Shown here: positions 50,279 through 59,337 of the stretch, one piece after another
Layout of the letters: the number at the start of each line of letters is the position of its first letter
Numbering within the stretch: the stretch's first letter is position 1
DNA from: Methanobacteriota archaeon
GTDB taxonomy: Archaea > Thermoplasmatota > Thermoplasmata > RBG-16-68-12
DNA: 64,000 nucleotides
Assembly (NCBI GenBank): GCA_005878635.1
Contig: VBLS01000110.1
Location: 506 to 64,505 of the forward strand
Reading direction: 5' to 3'
Made by a program: the position numbers and the translations under genes
The notes under the pieces: generated by a model
Told to the model about the DNA's origin: nothing
Databases searched by the model: none
Seen by the model: the letters and a program-made list of their open reading frames with translations, nothing else

Positions 50279-51655
50279 TCACAGCGTTACATACACCGTG
50301 ATCGTGACGGTATGTGTCAGCGAACCCGAGGTTGCCGTGATCGTGACCTCGTAGGTTCCGAGAGTCGTCAACACGCTTGCTGAGACGGTCAACGTCGACG
50401 TCGCGGTCCCACCTGAGACGACGCCGACGACGTCGGGATCGACACTCGCCGTTGGATAAACGAGGCAGATGAGGGACGCACAAGCGACGGACGCACTCAG
50501 GCTCACGTTCCCGGAGAAGCCTCCGATGCTCGTCAGCGTGATCGTGGATGTCCCAGAAGATCCGATGTGGATCGTCAGGCTGTTCGGTGATGCGCTGATG
50601 TCGAAGTCTGGGGGAGGCGGGGGCGGATTCGGAGTTGCCGAGACTTCGTTCGATCGAGGACTTTCTCCCGCGGCGTTGGTTGCGGTGACTTGGTAGAAGT
50701 ACGATTGACCATTCGTCACGCTAGTGTCGGAGTAGGTTAGGACGGTCCCGACGGTCGCGAGGAAGGTCGCTCCCCCGGACGTCGTCCCTCGGTAAATCTG
50801 GTAGTTGGTTATCGGAGACCCGCCATCGGAGGCCGGCGCCTGCCACGACAGGCCCACGTTCCCGTCCCCCGCGACGGCCTCCAGGTTCTGAGGGGCCGAC
50901 GGGGGCGTCACGGATGACGACAACCTCCAGGCCGTGAAGGGGTGCAATTCCCAGTGCCAGGGGCCTTCCCAGAAGACGAAGCCTTGGACATCGAGCGAGA
51001 TGCTTCCGTTGGATTGTTGCTGGGCCAGCGTCGCGTTATCGCAAAAGGGAACCCCGACGCCGCAGTATCCCTTGCCCAACCAGTCTCGATCGATCTCGAT
51101 TCTCAGGTAACCGCTGGGCGTCCCGATCGTGATGACCTGTCCCCCGTTCGTGCAGACGGTCTGGTTGCCCGGATACCGGCCACCGCCGTTCTGCCTCGAG
51201 TACCATTGCGAGCAGTCGGTGGTCTTGACGGCGTAACCGTACAGAGAGACCCCATTGATTTGGACGAAGGAAGAGGTCGCCTGGCCGGAGATGTTCGTGA
51301 TCGTGCACGGCGGGGAGAGGGCGCGTTCCTGCGGGATGCCTCCGGCGGTCGAGTTCGTTTGGTAACGACTGCCGTTGACCGTTTGGGACGGATAGGCGGG
51401 CCCCAGGACATCTCGGATCGTCACGAGGTCCGCGGTGCAAGCGACGTTCGGATTCCAGGACGTGAGACCCGAATCCTCGACCAAGTGTCCGGCTGAAGGT
51501 GACCCGAACGAGTTCCAGAACGCATTAGCAAGTGGCGTGGCCGCGAAGGCTGCGACCGTGAGGCTCATGACCAACAGGAGGACACGGAAGGCCCAGCGTG
51601 GCACGCAAGGTCGTGCTCGCTGGCGCTGCTCGGCCCGATACGGGTCGCCTCGCAT
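50279..51655 (-). CDS. Secreted protein with fibronectin type III and Ig-like domains
   Basis: Signal/TM, Cys-rich domain ending WELHP, FN3 (PSAPQNL..W..P..DGGSPITNY), PDF...SP.S Ig-like tail. Confidence 0.82.
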   Translation of the reverse strand: MRGDPYRAEQRQRARPCVPRWAFRVLLLVMSLTVAAFAATPLANAFWNSFGSPSAGHLVEDSGLTSWNPNVACTADLVTIRDVLGPAYPSQTVNGSRYQTNSTAGGIPQERALSPPCTITNISGQATSSFVQINGVSLYGYAVKTTDCSQWYSRQNGGGRYPGNQTVCTNGGQVITIGTPSGYLRIEIDRDWLGKGYCGVGVPFCDNATLAQQQSNGSISLDVQGFVFWEGPWHWELHPFTAWRLSSSVTPPSAPQNLEAVAGDGNVGLSWQAPASDGGSPITNYQIYRGTTSGGATFLATVGTVLTYSDTSVTNGQSYFYQVTATNAAGESPRSNEVSATPNPPPPPPDFDISASPNSLTIHIGSSGTSTITLTSIGGFSGNVSLSASVACASLICLVYPTASVDPDVVGVVSGGTATSTLTVSASVLTTLGTYEVTITATSGSLTHTVTITVYVTL

Positions 51656-51896
51656 GAACGAGGTCTATGCCTTCCAGGGTATCATCCGGCCGTTTCTTGT
51701 TGTCGAACAATGAACACGTTTGACTCCGAGTGCACTCACGACCGCGGGTGGTCTCCGCGCGAATCCGTGCACCAACGCCGATTTGCGATGACCCATTCCT
51801 CCGAGGGGCCTGGATTCCGGCGGCACGGGAACGATTGTGCGGCGAGGCTGTCGCACACGACCAATTCACTTGGAGGCGGGTTCGGTCCTGACCCGT

Positions 51897-52409
51897 TCAG
51901 ATGCCTCGTGATGAACCTTTCGGGTCCGTCGGGGAAGCCTCGAGGAGAATTCCCGCGAGGTTCTGATCCCGCGGAACCCATCGAAATTCGATGTCGAGAT
52001 CGGAACTCAACTCTCTCGCCCTTGCATGCAAAGGCACCAAGTGCGGTGTCTTGACCCGATACTCGCCCTGCATTTGGCGGATCACGAGCTGGGAATCGCC
52101 GCAGATGACGTAGCCTTTCGGGCGCGTTCTTCTTCCTATCTGGTGGACGTGCTCGAGGAGAAGGATGAGCGCGATGTACTCGGCAATGTTGTTGCTTCGC
52201 AGGGGACCCGATGGCGTTTGCAAGTCGGGGACCTCGCGGACGATCTCGTGGTCACCGACGGCGAACGCCGCTTTCATCCGGCCTTTCGTCCCGAACTGGT
52301 TCCGAGGGCAGGCGCCATCAAAATAGCAACGAATCCGGTCCCCGTTTGTTCGGTCCACGATCCACGCAGCACGCCTCAGGGACTTGAGCTTCGCTGTCGA
52401 CTCGCCCAC
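51897..52409 (-). CDS. Ribonuclease HI-like protein
   Basis: YFDG, NNIAEY.AL, GDSQLVI.QM.G.Y.V, WVPR; start may be GTG 52358. Confidence 0.82.
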   Translation of the reverse strand: MGESTAKLKSLRRAAWIVDRTNGDRIRCYFDGACPRNQFGTKGRMKAAFAVGDHEIVREVPDLQTPSGPLRSNNIAEYIALILLLEHVHQIGRRTRPKGYVICGDSQLVIRQMQGEYRVKTPHLVPLHARARELSSDLDIEFRWVPRDQNLAGILLEASPTDPKGSSRGI

Positions 52410-52496
52410 AAGGGGATCTCAGCTTTTGGTGTCCGCCGAGGTGCGGAGGGACCCACGACCCTCGGGTATCTTGAACCCGATTTTGGTGAAAAGGTC

Positions 52497-52521
52497 GAGG
52501 CGGCCCGCTTGAGGCCGCCTC
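52497..52521 (-). terminator. GC hairpin flanked by T-tracts downstream of the Cys-rich peptide
   Basis: GAGGCGGCC-N7-GGCCGCCTC 9-bp stem with CCTTTTC on both sides on the minus strand. Confidence 0.6.
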
Positions 52522-52536
52522 TTGAAAAGGTGGGTC

Positions 52537-52656
52537 CTAGCCGCAGCACGCGCAGCAGGCGCCCGGGCCGCAACATCCGGCGCCGCAACACCCCCGGGCC
52601 TTGGGCTCGGGAGACGCGCGTTCCTGCGAAACGTCCGATGCATGGGACGGTTCCAT
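52537..52656 (-). CDS. 39-aa cysteine-rich peptide (metallothionein-like)
   Basis: Translated by hand: MEPSHASDVSQERASPEPKARGCCGAGCCGPGACCACCG*; TATA-like element upstream and terminator downstream; too short for the ORF track. Confidence 0.75.
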   Translation of the reverse strand: MEPSHASDVSQERASPEPKARGCCGAGCCGPGACCACCG

Positions 52657-52657
52657 G

Positions 52658-52695
52658 TTATCTACTTCTTCTAGGTAGTAGACAAGTTCATATAT
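52658..52695. promoter_or_regulatory. Operator-like palindrome plus shared TATA-like element of divergent peptide/trmB promoters
   Basis: TT-A-TCTACT-N10-AGTAGA-C-AA (52658-52685) followed by TTCATATAT. Confidence 0.6.
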
Positions 52696-52717
52696 TCTCC
52701 CTCCCTCAGGCTCGTAG

Positions 52718-53503
52718 ATGGCGGAAGGGAAGGCCCGCGCGAACGCGCTGCTGCACGAAGCCTTGGAACCCTCCTTAGATCGGATCGCGGGTACCCTGCG
52801 AGAGCTCGGCGTCGGCGGCCCCGCCGCGGACGCGTTCTGCGCCCTCGTCCGGACGGCGGACGCGACCGCTTCGGAACTCGTGCGGAAAACGGGAATCCCC
52901 GATTCGAAAATCTACTATGCCCTCGATGAACTCGCTGAGAAAGGCTTGGTGGAGGTACAGGCGGGCAAGCCGAAAACGTTCCGTGTCGTCCCGCCGAAGG
53001 AAGTCGAGATGCGCCTGTCCCGGATGGTGCAAGCGGAGTACGATCGTCGTCGGGCCGCGACCGTTCGCGTCACCTCCCTGCTGGAACCGCTGCGTGCCGC
53101 GACCAAGGCGCCATCCATGGACGTCGCTTTCATCGTGAAAGGTTTGCCGAACATCGTTGCTCGGGCGCGGGCGCTCATCGGGTCGGCCCGGAAAGACGTC
53201 GTGTTCCTCGCTTCGGATGAAGCCGTCTTCCGGAAACTCGAGGAAGACCTTGTGCGAACCTCGCGCCGGCGGGTCCGAATCAGGTTGGCGGTCCCGGAAA
53301 TAGCGGTCGCGAAGGAGCTCGAGAAGGCCGCCGAAGTCCGTTCGATCATCTGCGATTGCATGCTCCTCGTCGCCGACGGTCAGCAGGTCTTGACGATGTC
53401 GCGGACCCGAGACGGGGACGCCTACGCGATCACGTCGACGGATCCGACGCTGGTGCAGCTCGGCCTCGACTTTTGGGAAAGTCCGCGGTGCTGCGTCCTC
53501 TGA
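52718..53503 (+). CDS. TrmB-family transcriptional regulator with Cys motifs
   Basis: TGIPDSKIY.ALDEL..KGLV..GKPK wHTH; effector domain with ICDC and C-terminal RCCVL. Confidence 0.88.
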   Translation: MAEGKARANALLHEALEPSLDRIAGTLRELGVGGPAADAFCALVRTADATASELVRKTGIPDSKIYYALDELAEKGLVEVQAGKPKTFRVVPPKEVEMRLSRMVQAEYDRRRAATVRVTSLLEPLRAATKAPSMDVAFIVKGLPNIVARARALIGSARKDVVFLASDEAVFRKLEEDLVRTSRRRVRIRLAVPEIAVAKELEKAAEVRSIICDCMLLVADGQQVLTMSRTRDGDAYAITSTDPTLVQLGLDFWESPRCCVL

Positions 53504-53648
53504 CCGGCAACCGCGATCCGACGGTTCTCCTCCCGGCGAACCGGCGCCACGCCAGCGCCTAGAACCGCACTTGCGACGAAAAAGGGTCACGGTTAAATAC
53601 AATGTTATACAGTATTCATTCCGGCCCGATTTGGGCCAGGCCACGAGG

Positions 53649-54035
53649 ATGCTTCAGCCTCAAGAACTAGTGGTCGCCAAGCTGCTGCCGACGATCCGCG
53701 CGAGGCTCGCGCGGGAGCTCCTCCGGACGCACAAGATGAAGCAGATTGACGTCGCGCACTCGATGGGGATCACACAAGCCGCCGTGAGCCACTACAACAC
53801 CCAGAGTCGAGGCGTCGACCAGGAAATGGTCCGCCTCTTCCCGGAGATCAAGCCGTTCGTCCACGGCCTCGCGGAGAGCATCGCGGGAGGCATGACCCTC
53901 TCCCAGCAGATCGCGAGCGTCAACCAGTTTTGTTCCAATCTCATGCTGACGGCCCGCTTTTGCGAGTACCACAAGGGCATGGGGGACATTGATCCCCACT
54001 GCACCGCCTGTTTTCCCTCGCCCCCGAGGCCCTAG
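53649..54035 (+). CDS. Archaeal HTH transcriptional regulator (COG2522-like) with C-terminal metal site
   Basis: P.E..V...LPTIRA.LA..L, GITQAAVSHY, FCEYH...C..C. Confidence 0.82.
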   Translation: MLQPQELVVAKLLPTIRARLARELLRTHKMKQIDVAHSMGITQAAVSHYNTQSRGVDQEMVRLFPEIKPFVHGLAESIAGGMTLSQQIASVNQFCSNLMLTARFCEYHKGMGDIDPHCTACFPSPPRP

Positions 54036-55027
54036 CCGCTCGGAACTCCTTTCGCCGGCCGGGTATCCTCGAGGGACCCGATTTCTGCCTCGACCATGAT
54101 CCGCACGAGATCCTTGAAGCGAGTCTTCGGCTCCCACCCGAGGACGCGCTTCGCCTTGCTCGCATCCCCGCGCAGGTTGTACACCTCGGACGGACGAATG
54201 TTCTTCTCGTCGATCGTCACGTGCTTCTCCCAATTGGAGATTCCGACGAGTCGAAAGGCTTCCGCGACGAACTCTCGGACCGAATGCGCCTCCCCGGTCG
54301 CGCCGACAAAGTCGTCCGGTTCCTTGTGCTGGAGGATCCGCCACATCAGGTCCACGAATTCCGGGGCGTAGCCCCAGTCCCGCTTGGCGTCCAAGTTCCC
54401 AAGGGAAATCGTCTTGGCCAGCCCCGCGTGGATCCGAGCGACCCCCTGACTGACCTTGCGTGTGAGGAACTCCAGGCCCCTCCGGGCGCTCTCGTGATTG
54501 AACAGGATGCCGTTCGAGATGGACAGGCCGTGCGCCTCCCGGTAGTTCACGCAGGCCCAGTAGGCGTACACCTTCGCCACCCCATAGGGACTTCGCGGGT
54601 GGAACGGAGTCGTCTCGTCCTGCGGCTCCCGGTCGACCCGCCCGAACATCTCGCTGGAGGACGCCTGGTAGAAGCGAGCTTCGGGGGCGTAGGCCCGGAG
54701 CGCCTCCAGGAGCCGCACGACCCCGAGGCCCGTGATCTCTCCGGTCAGGACGGGCTGCACGAAGGACGTGGCGACGAAGGACTGAGCCGCGAGACTATAG
54801 ATCTCATCCGGGTGCGACTCCCGGACCGCCGCATTCAACGAGGATTGGTCGATGAGGTCCCCGTCGAGGAGGGTCACGTCCTCCAGGATGTGCTGGATAT
54901 TTCCAATGTTCGGGACGCTCAAGCGGCGGACGAGCCCGTAGACCTCGTAGCCTTTCTTGAGCAGGAGTTCCATCAGGTAGGAACCGTCTTGCCCCGTCGC
55001 GCCCGTGACGAGCGCGGACCTGGCCAT
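54032..55027 (-). CDS. gmd: GDP-mannose 4,6-dehydratase
   Basis: TGATGQDGSY, QASSSEMFG, PRSPYGVAK, GILFNHES, RDWG. Confidence 0.95.
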   Translation of the reverse strand: MARSALVTGATGQDGSYLMELLLKKGYEVYGLVRRLSVPNIGNIQHILEDVTLLDGDLIDQSSLNAAVRESHPDEIYSLAAQSFVATSFVQPVLTGEITGLGVVRLLEALRAYAPEARFYQASSSEMFGRVDREPQDETTPFHPRSPYGVAKVYAYWACVNYREAHGLSISNGILFNHESARRGLEFLTRKVSQGVARIHAGLAKTISLGNLDAKRDWGYAPEFVDLMWRILQHKEPDDFVGATGEAHSVREFVAEAFRLVGISNWEKHVTIDEKNIRPSEVYNLRGDASKAKRVLGWEPKTRFKDLVRIMVEAEIGSLEDTRPAKGVPSG

Positions 55028-55102
55028 CGCACGCGAAAGTTCGCGTCCGCGCTTTAACGCTATCGCTGTGGGTGATTGGTCGCCGACTGACCCGGCGGTA
55101 GC

Positions 55103-56128
55103 TCAGTGGATCGGTACGTCCCGGATCCGGATGCCGAACCTGCGGAACCAACCCTCCACGTCCGACGCAGTTGCTTTCCGATACACCTCGCGAACTCGTC
55201 GCTTCTGCACCGCGCGTGGAACCCCCTGATAGGCGTCATAACGGCCTTGGAGGTGCGCGCGAACGACGTCGCGGAAGGTGAGCGACTGGCCGAAAGTAAT
55301 CGGGTATCGGTTCGGCCGTATCCGCCGTCGGAGGGCTACGATGTTCCTCGCGGCATTCCACGGAGGCGCGAGCGCCACGTACCGCCAGGGGTAATTTTGC
55401 ACGAGGTTCCAAATCCGGTTTCGTTCGCTAATGTAGGTTTTCCAAGGAGAGTTCGGGGCCGTCGAAGCGGAGTGCTTGTGGTAGACGATCGCATTGGGCG
55501 CGAACGCCGCCCGATATCCGGCGATCCGAATGCGCCACGCCAGGTCCACATCCTCCAGGTAGGCCACGAAGTCGGCGTCCAGCAGGCCGACCGTTTCCAG
55601 GCTTGATCGGCGGTACAACGCGGCGCCTCCAGATCCTCCGAAGACCTCCGGGTCGTGATCGAACTGCCCCTCGTCCTTCTGGAGCCACCCGCGATCGACT
55701 CCCGCACCGTCCCGGGTGATCCAGATGCCCGCTCCATTCAGGACGTCCGGATGGTCCATCAGCAAGAGCTTCGCGGCCACCGCTCCGACCCCGGGAGCGT
55801 CCGCGGCGCGGACGAGGTTCGCGAGCCATTCCGGGTCGACGCGGGTGTCGTTGTTCAACGGGACGATGAACTCGCATCGAGGGTCCGCGAGGGCTTCTTG
55901 CATCCCGACATTGGTGCCTCGCGCGTAGTGCAGATTCTCCGGCAGCGCGATCAACCGGGCCTCCGGGAATTCGTCGCGCACGATTGCCGGCGAACCGTCC
56001 GTGCTCCCGTTGTCGACACAGGCCACGACGAAATCCGGGTATGTTTGGGCGAAGGCCGATGCGAGGCAGTCCCGGATGTATTCCTTTCCGTTCCAGTTGA
56101 GGACCACGATCCAAGCGCGACCGCTCAA
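55103..56128 (-). CDS. Glycosyltransferase family 2
   Basis: VVLNWNG, DNGSTD, LNNDT, YLEDVDL. Confidence 0.9.
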   Translation of the reverse strand: MSGRAWIVVLNWNGKEYIRDCLASAFAQTYPDFVVACVDNGSTDGSPAIVRDEFPEARLIALPENLHYARGTNVGMQEALADPRCEFIVPLNNDTRVDPEWLANLVRAADAPGVGAVAAKLLLMDHPDVLNGAGIWITRDGAGVDRGWLQKDEGQFDHDPEVFGGSGGAALYRRSSLETVGLLDADFVAYLEDVDLAWRIRIAGYRAAFAPNAIVYHKHSASTAPNSPWKTYISERNRIWNLVQNYPWRYVALAPPWNAARNIVALRRRIRPNRYPITFGQSLTFRDVVRAHLQGRYDAYQGVPRAVQKRRVREVYRKATASDVEGWFRRFGIRIRDVPIH

Positions 56129-56152
56129 TGGCCTGCGGAACCGAGCCGCGGA

Positions 56153-57019
56153 TTAAACCGTTACGGGCTCGCGCAGCATCTGGAGACTGCGGCGGAGGGA
56201 GTCCATTCGCGCGTCCACGAGCCACCGCAGGGCGAGCCGCCGGCGGTGGGACCGGAGCCATTCGGCCGTCGCCGTGAGGGGGAAAAGGGCGAGGACGTCC
56301 GCGACCAGGTACAGGCGTTTACACCGATAGTTTCGGACGCACACGAGGGTCCGGTTCCGAGCCGTGTAGAACATGTACACTCGGGTCGAGGCCCTTTGCC
56401 GGCGGACAGCTTCGTGATGGGCGACGCTTTCCTTCGAATAGCCAATCCGAAATCCCGCCGCGCGCAATCGATACCCGAGGTCCAGGTCCTCCCCGTACAT
56501 GAACAGGGCCGGATCGAACCCGCCAACCCGTTTGAGCGGATCGAGCCGGACGGCCATCGCGCACCCCGACACGGCGTCGATCCGTCGGTCCCCTTCGTGG
56601 ACGACGCAGATTCCTCCATACAAGACTTCAAGGGCTCCGGCATAGAGGGCGGGTCCGCCGCCGTTGACGACCCGGCTTCCCACGGCCGCCAGGGAGGGGT
56701 CGCGCTCGAGCGAGGCGAGCAGTTCCGAGAGCCAGCGGCGTTCGACGGTCGTGTCTTGATTGAGCAAGACGAGCACCGGGGAGGAGGCACGGCCGGCCGC
56801 CTGGTTCACGGCTGCCGGGAAGCCCATGTTTCGCTCGTTTCGCATGAGGCGGAAGTTCGGGAATTGGCTGCGGAAACCTTCCGCGACCGCGACGGTTCCA
56901 TCCTCCGATCCGTTGTCGACAATCATGAGCTCGTACTCGGACGCCGGGATATCCATCCGAGAAAGGGATTCGAGGCAAGGCCGAAGGAACCTTTCCCCGT
57001 TGTAGCCGACGATGACCAC
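56153..57019 (-). CDS. Glycosyltransferase family 2
   Basis: VIVGYNG, DNGSED, LNQD, YGEDLDL; true start possibly ATC at 57043. Confidence 0.9.
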   Translation of the reverse strand: MVIVGYNGERFLRPCLESLSRMDIPASEYELMIVDNGSEDGTVAVAEGFRSQFPNFRLMRNERNMGFPAAVNQAAGRASSPVLVLLNQDTTVERRWLSELLASLERDPSLAAVGSRVVNGGGPALYAGALEVLYGGICVVHEGDRRIDAVSGCAMAVRLDPLKRVGGFDPALFMYGEDLDLGYRLRAAGFRIGYSKESVAHHEAVRRQRASTRVYMFYTARNRTLVCVRNYRCKRLYLVADVLALFPLTATAEWLRSHRRRLALRWLVDARMDSLRRSLQMLREPVTV

Positions 57020-57052
57020 GCTCGCTCGGAGATGGTGAGAGATGGTTGCACC

Positions 57053-58165
57053 TCAGGTCTTGGGCCGGACGCACTCCGCGTACAGGCGCTCGTAGGACGA
57101 TGCGATCGCGTCCCAAGTGTATTGCGTTCGGACGAGGTCGCAGCCCGCCGCGCCGAGGGTTTGGCGCCGGATCGGATCGCGAAGGAGGGAGATCATCGAA
57201 TCGGCAAGGGGTTCCACCTGGCCCGCCGGCACGAGGATTGCGTTTCCCTCGTTGCACAGGTCCGGGATGCCGCCGACCTTCGAGGCGATGACGGGCAATC
57301 CCGCGGCCCAGGCCTCCAAGAGGGCGAGGGGGAATCCCTCGAATCGGGACGGCAGGACGAAGACGGTCGCCCGTCCATAGGCTTCGATGAGGTCCGGGCG
57401 TGATAAGGATCCGAGGAACCGGACGGTGTCGGCCAATCCCAGGCTGTGCGCCCGTCGCTCCAGAGCCTGCCTCTCGGGTCCGTCTCCGGCCAGCTCCAAG
57501 ACAAACGGTTCGGGTAGGCGCGACCTCACCAGGGCCGTCGCTTCCAGAAGGACGTCAATTCCTTTCTGGTACACGTGCCTCCCGACGAAGAGGAATCGGA
57601 CTGGATTCTGTGCGAGGCCCGGCGTATGGAACTCCGAGGCATCCACTCCATTGGGCACGAGAGAGGCCCGCGGTATTCCGGCGCGCCGGATCGCTTGAAC
57701 CGATGCGCTGTCCACGGAGCTGATCGCGTCGTACCCCTGATGGAGCAACGAGCGTTCCACCCAGCCGAGGAGAGACCCCCGGGGGCGGTACGGAAACCAG
57801 ACACCGTGGCACGTGAGGAGGATCGGAATCCGCTCTCTCTTGGCCGTGCGGACGACCGCCGAACCGACGTCGACCGCGTGCGCGTGGACGAGTTCGATCC
57901 CGAGGGCCGCGAGGTGTTCTCGGGACCACACCCGTATCGCGCGCATCCCTCGCAAGCGTCGCGCTCCGATTCGATCCAACCCATCCAGGGTCTGCATGGG
58001 TCCCACGGGATGGACATGGTCCGTCTCCTGGATTCCTTCGGCGCGGTACGTGAGGACATGGACATCGTGGCCGTTCCGCGATTGGACTTGAGCTAGGGAC
58101 GAAACGGCCGTCGCGTCGCCGCCGACGACGGGTGGGAACTTCTTCGTCACATGGAGGATTCGCAC
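57053..58165 (-). CDS. Glycosyltransferase family 4
   Basis: MRILHV, VPNGVD, KGIDVL, EGFPLALLEA. Confidence 0.9.
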   Translation of the reverse strand: MRILHVTKKFPPVVGGDATAVSSLAQVQSRNGHDVHVLTYRAEGIQETDHVHPVGPMQTLDGLDRIGARRLRGMRAIRVWSREHLAALGIELVHAHAVDVGSAVVRTAKRERIPILLTCHGVWFPYRPRGSLLGWVERSLLHQGYDAISSVDSASVQAIRRAGIPRASLVPNGVDASEFHTPGLAQNPVRFLFVGRHVYQKGIDVLLEATALVRSRLPEPFVLELAGDGPERQALERRAHSLGLADTVRFLGSLSRPDLIEAYGRATVFVLPSRFEGFPLALLEAWAAGLPVIASKVGGIPDLCNEGNAILVPAGQVEPLADSMISLLRDPIRRQTLGAAGCDLVRTQYTWDAIASSYERLYAECVRPKT

Positions 58166-58299
58166 GTCGGCCGCGGATTCCCACGAACCGGCATAAAGCT
58201 GTCAGGGCAGAAGCCCGTGGGGTGCGACGATCGAGCCAGACCCCGCATCGAATCACCCGCCGACTCCTTGTACTCTCTCGCGATGCAGAGTCTACACCC

Positions 58300-59322
58300 A
58301 TGCCGGATAATGAAGGCGTCCGGGTCCGAGAGGCGCTGCGTTGCCCGTTGTGCGGCAACCTTGGCGCGATCCTCTACTCCGGCCTGCGGGACCGCTACTG
58401 GGATGCACCAGGAAGTTGGAGCCTGCGACGATGCGGCACATGCGGCCACCTGTGGTTGGACCCGCAACCGGAGCCCGGAGAAATCGGGAAGCTGTACACG
58501 TCGTACTTCAGCCACGGCGAGACCCCGCGTCTCCCGTTCGTCGGCGACGGATTCTGGGAGAAGGCCAGCCGAGGGGTCCTCGAGGCCCTCGGATATCGAG
58601 GGATTGCAAAGGGCCCGAGGGAACGCTGGATCGGAGGGCTGCTCCGCCTCATGCCCCCCGTGTGGGACGAGTGCGCCCAAGTCGTCCGCTCCGTCCGTGG
58701 CCCGGTCCGAGGCGAACTCTTCGATGTCGGCTGCGGGAACGGGTCCTATCTCGAAGTCATGCGCGCCCTTGGCTGGAGGGTGCGGGGCCTGGAGCCCGAC
58801 CCCGTGGCTGCTCGGATTGCCCGGGGCCGCGGTTTCGATGTGATCGAGCGGTCGATCGAGGAGGCCGATATTCCGCAGGAATCACTCCAAGTCGTCACGA
58901 TGGACCACGTGATCGAACATGTGATCGATCCCGTCCAGGCCCTTGCGACGGCTCACGGTTGGCTCAAGGAAGGCGGACAGATGACCATCACGACGCCGAA
59001 CGCCGAGAGCCGAGGCCATCGAAAATTCAGGGACGCGTGGTTCCATCTCGATCCTCCGCGGCATCTGCACCTTTTCTCCCTGCGCAATTTGATGGCTTGC
59101 GTCGAACGCGCCGGACTCCGGACGGTCGAGTGTGGCACGGTCGGGAGCGGTCATCTGGTCTACGACGGCAGCGTGTCCGTTCGGACGACGGGCCGTTTTC
59201 GTGTGGGCGACCTGACGACCGTCGCGAGCGGGCGGGACCGCGCGTTTCGGATCGGAGAGAGCTTCCTCGTGCGGGTCCGGCCCGCGGCGGGCGAGGAGAT
59301 CTTCCTCACCTGCAAACGGTAG
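58300..59322 (+). CDS. Class I SAM-dependent methyltransferase with N-terminal zinc ribbon
   Basis: CPLC...CGTC, DVGCGNG, HVIEH, TPN, PRHL..F. Confidence 0.85.
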   Translation: MPDNEGVRVREALRCPLCGNLGAILYSGLRDRYWDAPGSWSLRRCGTCGHLWLDPQPEPGEIGKLYTSYFSHGETPRLPFVGDGFWEKASRGVLEALGYRGIAKGPRERWIGGLLRLMPPVWDECAQVVRSVRGPVRGELFDVGCGNGSYLEVMRALGWRVRGLEPDPVAARIARGRGFDVIERSIEEADIPQESLQVVTMDHVIEHVIDPVQALATAHGWLKEGGQMTITTPNAESRGHRKFRDAWFHLDPPRHLHLFSLRNLMACVERAGLRTVECGTVGSGHLVYDGSVSVRTTGRFRVGDLTTVASGRDRAFRIGESFLVRVRPAAGEEIFLTCKR

Positions 59323-59337
59323 CGGGCGACCGAAAGA

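Noticed and set aside
52685..52702. AGTTCA-TAT-ATTCTCCCT resembles the tRNA-Thr T-arm (AGTTCAATTCTCCCT), suggesting a relic att site
   Set aside because: Short, gapped match that coincides with the TATA-like element; no integrase nearby
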